A DNA stretch of 64,000 nucleotides from a virus. The notes under the pieces were generated by a model. It ran no database searches and was not told where the DNA came from. It was given only the letters and a program-made list of their open reading frames with translations. The stretch is from IMG/VR virus record IMGVR_UViG_3300034159_000051, positions 65,261 through 129,260 of that record, one strand, 5' to 3'. The position numbers and the translations under genes were made by a program. Positions 19,624 through 26,502 of this stretch are shown one piece after another (positions within the stretch are counted from its first letter, which is position 1; each line of letters starts with the position of its first letter).

Positions 19624-20049
19624 TGCATCCTCTTTGCGAGGCCCATGAACTGGAGCCGATCGGCCTCATATGATTCGCCTTGCAATCCGAACGACGAAAG
19701 GCCATCCGACCTACGCCGAAAGGCTAGTTTGTAATCGCCTTCCGTCACCCCTTCCGCCTCTGGCGGGCGCGCGGCCATACGGCCATAGCCGCAAGGCCAC
19801 TGCAGCGTCGCCGCGCGCAAAGTTTGTCTGGCCTCCATGCGGACGCCGAAGGCCAAGCGTATAGCGCCAGACAAACCCATTCCGACGGGCCATGGGAGTC
19901 TCGCCGAAAGGTCGTTCTTCAGACGCCCGTCGGAACCTTCTTGCGCTGTGACTGGCGAAGCAGTTATAGGATCCCTTGCGGTCTGAGGGAGGGAAGCCTG
20001 ATCCGGTTCAGTTTTGCGTTAGTGGGGACACGCAAACACGGATCATCCT

Positions 20050-20937
20050 ATGATTTTAGGCCGGCGCCGAAACACGCCTATTTCGCTCGCCTCATGCGCA
20101 GGCAGCTATGGAGCCTCAGCAAACGGTCGGCTCATCGTCCGCCCTCAAGGCCCGGTAAACTCGGGCGCAGCCAACAAGAAGGATGAGGGCGACGCTCCGT
20201 GGAGACCGGAAGGACTTTCCGAAGCAGAGGTCGTTCAGCAGATCACAGAGCCACTCAGGGCCTTCTTTGAAGCTATAGAGCCCGTGCGACCGCGCAAAGC
20301 CACTGTAGCCGTCCAGTCCGATCCCTTGGGCCTTAAAACCGGAGCCTACGCCCGCAGGCCCAAGACATTTCCGAACAAGCCGACGAAGGAGCGCCTGGAT
20401 CGCGCGAGGGAGGCCGGCGAGTGCCTGGACGATCGCCCGATCCTTAGCGACAGGGGCGAGAAGCTTTCCGAGACGATAACCGAGATTACGCCGACCTTGC
20501 GCAACCTGAGAACGCGAGGCACGATCGACTCGAATGAATATGCGGCGGCTCTAAGGCTTTGCCAGGACTGGCACGGCGCCCGGTTTCGCGGCGCGGCGAC
20601 CGTCCGCTATCGCGAGCGGGTCGACGGCGAGGGCGGCCGGGATTACGAGAGCGATTACGTAATTACCTGCCGACAGAGCGTCCATTCGGCTTTGCGGTCG
20701 GTGCACAAAATTCTGAGCCCGGCGCTCGCCTGGGTCATTTCGACGATGGGGGACGCCCCTCCCCTTTCCAAGCTCGGCGAATATTACGCGCCAGACAAAG
20801 GCGTCAACGTCCAGAGCACGCGGGGGGCCGATGCGCTCCGCTTTGCGCTCGCGATCCTGTGCGAGCACTACGGCATAGACCACCGGCTTGTGCGGCTGTC
20901 AAAATCGACGGAGACCATCGTCGCAATGATGGGATGA
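20050..20937 (+). CDS. late-gene regulator-like protein (Q/DUF6456-like)
   Basis: LRNLRTRGTIDSNEYAAALRL..DW...RVDG...ALRFALAILCEHYG pattern seen in alphaproteobacterial prophages; start uncertain. Confidence 0.55.
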   Translation: MILGRRRNTPISLASCAGSYGASANGRLIVRPQGPVNSGAANKKDEGDAPWRPEGLSEAEVVQQITEPLRAFFEAIEPVRPRKATVAVQSDPLGLKTGAYARRPKTFPNKPTKERLDRAREAGECLDDRPILSDRGEKLSETITEITPTLRNLRTRGTIDSNEYAAALRLCQDWHGARFRGAATVRYRERVDGEGGRDYESDYVITCRQSVHSALRSVHKILSPALAWVISTMGDAPPLSKLGEYYAPDKGVNVQSTRGADALRFALAILCEHYGIDHRLVRLSKSTETIVAMMG

Positions 20938-20951
20938 CGCATGCAGGAAAA

Positions 20952-21167
20952 CTAACAGGGGCCGCCCTCCCTTGTCTTAAGGTCGCCGGCTCTGACAGCC
21001 TTGACCCACTCTATGGCCTTTTCCAGCGCATCGATTTGGGCCGCGCTGGCAAGATGGAGCGCCGTCCGGTAGCCCGGCGTGGTTTGCCCGATGACGAGGT
21101 GATCGCTGAAGGTATTGTACGAGACCTCGATTGCGCCGAACTTCCTAAAAAGCGAAGCGTCACCCAT
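20952..21167 (-). CDS. hypothetical protein
   Basis: GAGGTG RBS; follows the nucleotidyltransferase. Confidence 0.45.
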   Translation of the reverse strand: MGDASLFRKFGAIEVSYNTFSDHLVIGQTTPGYRTALHLASAAQIDALEKAIEWVKAVRAGDLKTREGGPC

Positions 21168-22158
21168 TGATCACCACCTCTCTGTAAACATCGGCGACAA
21201 AGTCATCGCACCATTCGTAATCAGGCTTCTCAGGAAGAGTCGATTTGATAGCCGCCGCCTCCACCTCCGCGAGGAGACGCTCGATCTCTTCCGCCACTGG
21301 CGCGTAGGCCAGCTTCCCGGTCTTGATCTCAATCAGATGCGCTGCATCTGGCCGAGGAAAGGTCACAAACCCCGTCGACAGGTATTCCAGGCACTGCGTC
21401 CCGACGCGGACGGCGTGGCTGAGCGCTTTCCAGTCAATCCCCTCGTTGCGTTCAGCCTGGAGCGCCCGCTCGCCATATTCATCGACGATGCGCTTGTAGA
21501 TCGCATGCGCCTCTTTCAGAGACACGGTGAACGGCGCTTTGCGCTCACAAACAACGAGGTGGCGGATCACTGCGCCATTGCCGGGGTTCTCGATATCCTC
21601 GATTCCGGCGTGCTCCGTCGAATGCGTAAAACTCTCCACCGCCCAAGCGAAGTCGGAGAGCTTCCGAATCGGACCGTTCTTTTCGATAAAGCTAGCGAGC
21701 AGATTTGTGATTCCACGAGCTGCGGCGACGCGAGATCCCTTGATGCCGTATTTTGCAGCCTGCTTGCGGCAATACCCAAGGAACGGCGCGCACTGGCGTG
21801 ACACCAGCCGATGTCGGTTGTCCCAGATCTCCGCCCACTCCTCGGAAAAGTCGTGATCGGCTCCGCATTTGAGGAGCGGCGTCGCGAACAGCATATCCAA
21901 GGCGACTGTCTGCCCCTCGCAGAACAGCCTCAAGAACTTAGCGAGCGAGTAGCTCTCAAAGTCGGTGTCGCCGGCCGTGTTTTTTCGAGTATGCCCTCCG
22001 ACGCTCGTTTTGGCTTGCCGGTTGATCGTCTCTTTGGCCCGGCCGAGCAGGATATCGCGCGCGCCTGGGATATGGACCTCTTTGATGTCAAGGTCGGATT
22101 CCGGTGTGGCCGTCCCGTAAAGGTGCGACCCAAATTTCATAGAAATGATTGTTCTCAT
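21160..22158 (-). CDS. Pol-beta-superfamily nucleotidyltransferase (Nuc-transf/RlaP-like)
   Basis: FGSHLYGTATPESDLD motif; DWKALSHAVR...F.RPDA..L.EIK.G; STLPEKPD. Confidence 0.85.
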   Translation of the reverse strand: MRTIISMKFGSHLYGTATPESDLDIKEVHIPGARDILLGRAKETINRQAKTSVGGHTRKNTAGDTDFESYSLAKFLRLFCEGQTVALDMLFATPLLKCGADHDFSEEWAEIWDNRHRLVSRQCAPFLGYCRKQAAKYGIKGSRVAAARGITNLLASFIEKNGPIRKLSDFAWAVESFTHSTEHAGIEDIENPGNGAVIRHLVVCERKAPFTVSLKEAHAIYKRIVDEYGERALQAERNEGIDWKALSHAVRVGTQCLEYLSTGFVTFPRPDAAHLIEIKTGKLAYAPVAEEIERLLAEVEAAAIKSTLPEKPDYEWCDDFVADVYREVVING

Positions 22159-22171
22159 TGAATAAATTCCT

Positions 22172-22408
22172 CTATTTCCAAAATTTAGCATGTGGATATT
22201 GTTTGCTGACAAAGCGTTTCGCAGCTTCGCGGTTTTCCGCGGCGACGTATTTTGCGATGCTTCCGCTCATCGTAAAGCACATGAAGAACTTCGATGTGCG
22301 ATACTCTTTCCTTGTGATGTAGACGCGGCGGAGATAAACCACCTCCCCCGGCTTCGGACCGTCCAATTTTGTCCGCAATACTTCCTTCGACCGTGACAGC
22401 GTTCTCAT
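22172..22408 (-). CDS. hypothetical protein
   Basis: TAATG coupling to the HD gene. Confidence 0.45.
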   Translation of the reverse strand: MRTLSRSKEVLRTKLDGPKPGEVVYLRRVYITRKEYRTSKFFMCFTMSGSIAKYVAAENREAAKRFVSKQYPHAKFWK

Positions 22409-22953
22409 TAGTGAATGATCCCTGAGTAGTTTCCGAGGATGTCGCGCAGGCGCTTCAGCAGAATCGGGTCTGCGCCATCCAGAACATCAAGTAAGGCGTT
22501 CATCTCTCGAAGGTACACCTTGGCGAAATTTGGGTCTTTTTCGAAGATCGAATGCGCGTTCGATATGCAATCCGCTGTCTTGAGCGTCTTGGCGTCATCC
22601 GGCGCCGTAGCCAACCGCTCAAGCGTGCGCTGCTTCCGCGCGGCCCGGTTGAGGCCGGGGGCCGCTTTGTCGTCGGTCAGCCAATAAACGAGATCGCGAA
22701 CCTCAGAACCGAATATCTCTTTGATCAAGTCTAGCGTGATTTCGGTATCCTCAACGACATCATGCAGCCACGCCGCCGCCTCCATCTGAACGGTGTAGCC
22801 GCGCCCTTCGCGAGCAGTCGATTGAAGGATTTGAACCACCTCGGCAGGATGGACGATGTATGGTTCCTTGCCGTCTGAATATTTCCGCGTCTGCCCGATC
22901 GCAGCATGAGCTGCGGTCGCAAATAGTCTGGCGCGCTCGACGATATCTGTCAT
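22408..22953 (-). CDS. stand-alone RelA/SpoT-type HD hydrolase (small alarmone hydrolase-like)
   Basis: AH..QTRK...PYIVHP...AAAWLHDVVEDT...LTDDK...KTADCISN. Confidence 0.85.
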   Translation of the reverse strand: MTDIVERARLFATAAHAAIGQTRKYSDGKEPYIVHPAEVVQILQSTAREGRGYTVQMEAAAWLHDVVEDTEITLDLIKEIFGSEVRDLVYWLTDDKAAPGLNRAARKQRTLERLATAPDDAKTLKTADCISNAHSIFEKDPNFAKVYLREMNALLDVLDGADPILLKRLRDILGNYSGIIH

Positions 22954-22982
22954 TCGATCTGATCCCTTTGTTTGTGGCCGTT

Positions 22983-23216
22983 TTACCAGGAATAACGAAG
23001 AAGAACCAACTCATCATCCTCGACGCCGTTCTCGCGCAAATGCGCCAGCAAAGGCGCGTTCTTGACCGGGTCGCCGAACTTCCGCTCATTCGCAATCGAC
23101 ATGTGGATGACATACACGTCGTTGCCAAGATCGCGCTCCATCCACATCCGCTCGATCACTTCCCTGACCGCTTGCGGCGTCGTGAGATCGACGTCCAAAT
23201 ACCAGACCTTCTTCAT
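22983..23216 (-). CDS. hypothetical protein
   Basis: AGGGATCAG before ATG 23216. Confidence 0.55.
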   Translation of the reverse strand: MKKVWYLDVDLTTPQAVREVIERMWMERDLGNDVYVIHMSIANERKFGDPVKNAPLLAHLRENGVEDDELVLLRYSW

Positions 23217-23281
23217 CTCTTCTGATCCCTTAGTTATTTTTTGAATTTAACCGATTTAACTACAAATGGCAAAACCTAAAT

Positions 23282-23359
23282 TGGTAGACTCGGCGGGAGT
23301 TGAACCCGCGACCTTGGAGTTAAAAGCTCCCTGCTCTAACCGGGCTGAGCTACGAGTCT
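23282..23359 (-). tRNA. tRNA-Lys(TTT)
   Basis: Reverse complement folds as a cloverleaf; loop CTTTTAA; CCA end. Confidence 0.9.
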
Positions 23360-23369
23360 GCGTCGGTAA

Positions 23370-23444
23370 TGGTGCCCCCGCGAGGACTTGAACCCCGAAT
23401 CTCCCGCTTACAAGGCGGATGCCTTACCGTTCGGCTACAAGGGC
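23370..23444 (-). tRNA. tRNA-Thr(TGT)
   Basis: TCCGC-CTTGTAA-GCGGG anticodon arm; CCA end. Confidence 0.9.
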
Positions 23445-23577
23445 GCAAATTGTGAAAAGGGAAAGGACGGCGCGCGGACGCTGAAGCTTGGACGCTTAGC
23501 GTTTGGTGGTCGTTCGTGTCTTTCGGGGCGCGGTCATCATTCTGGATGGATAGCCTGTTTTGGTGACCGGGTCAAGG

Positions 23578-23653
23578 TGGCTGGAGCGGAAGGACTCGAA
23601 CCTTCGCGTGGAGGCTTCAAAGGCCCCTGCCTTACCAACTTGGCTACGCTCCA
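23578..23653 (-). tRNA. tRNA-Gln(TTG)
   Basis: GGGGC-CTTTGAA-GCCTC; T1-A72; CCA end. Confidence 0.92.
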
Positions 23654-23655
23654 AT

Positions 23656-23733
23656 TGGCGCGTTCGGCAGGACTTGAACCTGCGGCCCCCGGTTTCGTAG
23701 ACCGGCGCTCTGATCCAACTGAGCTACGAACGC
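23656..23733 (-). tRNA. tRNA-Arg(ACG)
   Basis: CCGGT-CTACGAA-ACCGG; CCA end. Confidence 0.92.
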
Positions 23734-23903
23734 GCAAACTGGTGCCATAGAGTGCTTTCGAGACACCGACCAAACGCAGATCAGCGGGATGGCAGTGCAG
23801 ACACCATCCAAAGGCGCTCGGATCGAACGAGCCGCTACCCCTGTCCCCCGCGGATTTCTCCGCCGCTGACGCGCATTCTTGTCTCATTGCGCCCGGCCGC
23901 CTG

Positions 23904-24125
23904 TCAAGATTTCTGGAATAGCCGGCGCCATTCCGCTTTCGCGGTGTCACGGCGGTTCAAGGGATGGTCGTCGCTCCACTCGCCGATGTCCGCCTCGCGA
24001 ATGTTCAGGACTTCCGGCGCAATGCAGCGGTTCGCGTAGCGCGTATGCTCCAGGACGTCTTTGATCTCGTCCGGCCCGATTTCATCTAAGTCGATGATTT
24101 TAATTGTCAGTTCGTAGGCTTTCAC
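23904..24125 (-). CDS. hypothetical protein
   Basis: GTG start after AGGGATCGG; EADIGEWSDDHPLN motif. Confidence 0.55.
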   Translation of the reverse strand: MKAYELTIKIIDLDEIGPDEIKDVLEHTRYANRCIAPEVLNIREADIGEWSDDHPLNRRDTAKAEWRRLFQKS

Positions 24126-24312
24126 GGTCCGATCCCTTGTTTTTCTCGGCGAGGTAGCTGCGCATCGCCTCCGCAATAGATTCCGGCACCTCATTGAGGC
24201 GCTGATACCGCCATAGCGTTGTATAATGGAGGCGCAACCGTCGACAGAGAGGCGCTTTCCAGCGCCGCCCGTAGAGTTTTATGGCCGCTTGTTCGAACTC
24301 GGCCCCTGTCAT
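24100..24312 (-). CDS. small HTH protein
   Basis: LYGRRWKAPLCRRLRLHYTTLWRY...VP; ATGA-coupled to Ro60. Confidence 0.6.
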   Translation of the reverse strand: MTGAEFEQAAIKLYGRRWKAPLCRRLRLHYTTLWRYQRLNEVPESIAEAMRSYLAEKNKGSDRESLRTDN

Positions 24313-25949
24313 CCCTGGATGAAATCCCTGATCAGGGTTGGGACGGCTCCATCCATCCCGGCGATATCCAGCATGCCGCCGTCGTTCGGGTCTGCGATCG
24401 AGAAGTTCGTCGCGGTCATCGCGGCGACGATCAGTTTCGCCGGGATGCCGGATTTCTTGCGGTAGCTCTGCAAAGCCTGGACCGGGTGAATATCTCCGAA
24501 CCACGTTTCGTTGTCCGTCCAGATCACGAAGGCGTCGTATTTCCATCCGTGCTTTTCCGCCTCGATCATCGGTAAGGCGCAGTCAGTGCCTCCCATTTTC
24601 TGGGTTGCGATATAGGCGACCACGTCATCGAGACGCTGACGCGGAGAGATCTGCATCGGCGTCAGGCCGCAGCCGATCTTGCCGTGATATACGCCATCAA
24701 ACCGGCTCGGATACGGCCCCGTTGTGAAGCCGTAGCAGGTCGCATTCGGCTCAATGGCGAGCGTCGACAAGGCCATCGCCGCCGACGCCTCACGGCACGA
24801 CAGGGCCGATCCTGCGATCTGGTCCGTCATGGATCCCGACAGATCGAGAGAAACCATGATGCGCTTGTTCGTCGGATCGACGTTCTCAAATGCGGCGTAG
24901 AACGCTTCGTCCAGGGCATCGACGATGCGCGGGACCGGAGTCCAGGATTTTCCGCCGCGCACGCCGTGTCCGCTCCTATAGACGACAAGCGCCTGCAAGA
25001 TCGAAAACGGATGCACGCGTTCGGCGCGCAGGTCATCCTTGAGCCGGAGCGCGACGTGTTGCCAGTTCTGCGGATCGATCGCGCCGCACGATGTCATCGT
25101 CGCGAGGTTACGGATCAGGGCCGTCAATTTGAGGTGAGGAACCATCGCGCGCCAGACGTTCGGGTCGGTGAGCGCCTCGGTCGGGATCGCCTCCCACGGC
25201 AGGCGGTGGATCGCTATCAGGGCGCGCAAAAGGCGGTTTTGCTCCGTGTCCGAAACATCAAGATCCATCGCCTGAATGTGGGCCTGCACAATCGGCGGCA
25301 GGTCGGCGTGGTTATGCTCTTTCCCGCGCGCCCAAAGGTAAAGCGCCTGTCTGGAGACGTCGTCGCCTGCTCCGCGCCCGGCCAGCTCGATTGCGCGCTT
25401 GTGCGTGAAGCCAACATTAGACCGGTACTTGATCATCTGATAGGCGAGCTGTTCAGTTGTCCGCGCCCGATACCACGCTGCGATGACGCGCTTCATGGCG
25501 CGGCTCGAAAGACCGCGGCCGAGGCCCTCGCAATCTTTGAACCACTGGAAAAGCGTGCTCGCTGTGCGGCATACTTTCGGAACCATAGCGAAGGCGGCGC
25601 GGCGCGCTTCGTCATTATCCATCGAGGCGGCTCCGAGCGCGAGCGCGAAGATCCCGGCGTCTTGTTTGGCCGCACGCCCTTCGTGGGAGATTTTGGCGAT
25701 CGCCTCGGCTGTGCGCCACGGGTCCGCGGCCCAGCACGAAAGGACGGCGCCGGCGTTCTCGCGGGTCAGGTTTTTGGCTTGCTGGTAATAGGTCGATTCA
25801 GAGCTGCCAAGCTTAATGAATCGATCGAGACGGGTCCAGTCATCGACCGGGAAGGCGTAACCGCCGGCGTGGTTCGGAACCTGGATTCGGTTGGGAATCG
25901 GCTCGTTTTGCGACGTTCTGTTTGGGGAATAAAGTTTCGTGTAAGACAT
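24309..25949 (-). CDS. rsr: Ro60/TROVE ribonucleoprotein (TROVE + vWA)
   Basis: QVPNHAGGYAF..DDWTRLDRF..LGS...TYY; LTALIRNLA; VHPF; vWA LDLSGSM, GGTDCALPM, TDNETW, HPVQAL, SIADPND.GMLD..GMD. Confidence 0.95.
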   Translation of the reverse strand: MSYTKLYSPNRTSQNEPIPNRIQVPNHAGGYAFPVDDWTRLDRFIKLGSSESTYYQQAKNLTRENAGAVLSCWAADPWRTAEAIAKISHEGRAAKQDAGIFALALGAASMDNDEARRAAFAMVPKVCRTASTLFQWFKDCEGLGRGLSSRAMKRVIAAWYRARTTEQLAYQMIKYRSNVGFTHKRAIELAGRGAGDDVSRQALYLWARGKEHNHADLPPIVQAHIQAMDLDVSDTEQNRLLRALIAIHRLPWEAIPTEALTDPNVWRAMVPHLKLTALIRNLATMTSCGAIDPQNWQHVALRLKDDLRAERVHPFSILQALVVYRSGHGVRGGKSWTPVPRIVDALDEAFYAAFENVDPTNKRIMVSLDLSGSMTDQIAGSALSCREASAAMALSTLAIEPNATCYGFTTGPYPSRFDGVYHGKIGCGLTPMQISPRQRLDDVVAYIATQKMGGTDCALPMIEAEKHGWKYDAFVIWTDNETWFGDIHPVQALQSYRKKSGIPAKLIVAAMTATNFSIADPNDGGMLDIAGMDGAVPTLIRDFIQG

Positions 25950-26013
25950 AAGCGCTTTCTCCTAAAAGCCTATGCCCTGCCAAGTTTTTGATCGGGTTTT
26001 GATCGAAAAGGAA

Positions 26014-26148
26014 CGCGAGCAGATCGGCGAAAATCGGGTTTTTTAAGCTTTGCTCTCCCAACTGAGCTATCCCTGGGATTGCCCCAAGGAGATGGACTCG
26101 AACCACCGACCCAAGCATCCTGTGAAAACCGAAATTCTGGGGCTCGCG
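26014..26148 (-). ncRNA. YrlA-like Y RNA with permuted tRNA-like domain
   Basis: Terminal stem CGCGAGC/GCTCGCG; T-arm GGTGGTTCGAGTCCATC precedes a loop-closed acceptor-like stem and a D-arm TAGCTCAGTTGGGAGAGC; adjacent to Ro60. Confidence 0.85.
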
Positions 26149-26172
26149 CACCTTTCTCAAATCAAAACGGTC

Positions 26173-26280
26173 GGCATGAGCAGAAAAGCGGAGATCGGAA
26201 ATGGAGGGGTCGAACCTCCGACGCCGGGTCCAAGACCCAACGCATCATCCTGCGAAAACCGAAATCCTGGGGCTCATGCC
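26173..26280 (-). ncRNA. Y-like RNA 2 (T-arm only)
   Basis: GGCATGAGC/GCTCATGCC stem; shared GAGCCCCAG..TTTCGGTTTTC..CAGGATG 5' segment; GGAGGTTCGACCCCTCC T-arm. Confidence 0.7.
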
Positions 26281-26295
26281 TCCCTTTTTCCAGAA

Positions 26296-26356
26296 CGTGA
26301 GCAGATTGAGCGGAATCGGGGCTGTTTCAAAGAGAACCGAAACCAAGGGGCTCACG
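26296..26356 (-). ncRNA. Y-like RNA 3 (minimal)
   Basis: CGTGAGC/GCTCACG stem; GAGCCCC..TTTCGGTT..CCGA..TCTGCTC consensus. Confidence 0.6.
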
Positions 26357-26367
26357 CAAAAACTCAG

Positions 26368-26440
26368 CGGGGCGAACAGAGTGATCGGCGATGGGGATTA
26401 TCATCCGCAATGGTAACCCAAAGCCATGGGGCTCGCTCCG
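26368..26440 (-). ncRNA. Y-like RNA 4
   Basis: CGGAGCGAGC/GTTCGCCCCG stem; GAGCCCC..TTTGGGTT..CCCA..TCTGTTC variant with a compensatory change. Confidence 0.55.
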
Positions 26441-26453
26441 AACCTCGAGGCCA

Positions 26454-26481
26454 AACTATTGCAATTTGCAATAGTTGGCAA
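26454..26481 (-). promoter_or_regulatory. promoter of the Y RNA-Ro60 operon with overlapping palindrome
   Basis: TTGCCA-17-TAGTTT on the minus strand; perfect 11-bp inverted repeat AACTATTGCAA-N-TTGCAATAGTT. Confidence 0.55.
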
Positions 26482-26502
26482 GCGCTAAAATTCGATTCGA
26501 AT

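Larger units (their letters stand above)
17956..19935 (+). repeat. TIGR-like stem-loop guide array, 26 units
   Basis: Each ~48-56-nt unit: 7-11-bp outer stem (usually ending GGC), C(A), 9-nt variable A, 1 nt, GCC-GNRA-GGC-type hairpin, C(A), 9-nt variable B, 1 nt, closing stem; pyrimidine-rich linkers. Units 1-15 at 17956-18853, 16-21 at 18951-19300, 22-26 at 19634-19935. Confidence 0.9.

Noticed and set aside
17956-19935. CRISPR array
   Set aside because: No identical direct repeats or 30-40-nt spacers and no cas genes; the variable parts are paired 9-mers within stems.
24684-25991. 435-aa plus-strand ORF (also 60573-61766, 42672-43682, 47071-47940, 16942-17802)
   Set aside because: Antisense shadows of well-supported genes in GC-rich DNA.
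26049-26112. Canonical tRNA gene
   Set aside because: T-arm precedes D-arm, with no anticodon arm or CCA; better explained as a YrlA tRNA-like domain.
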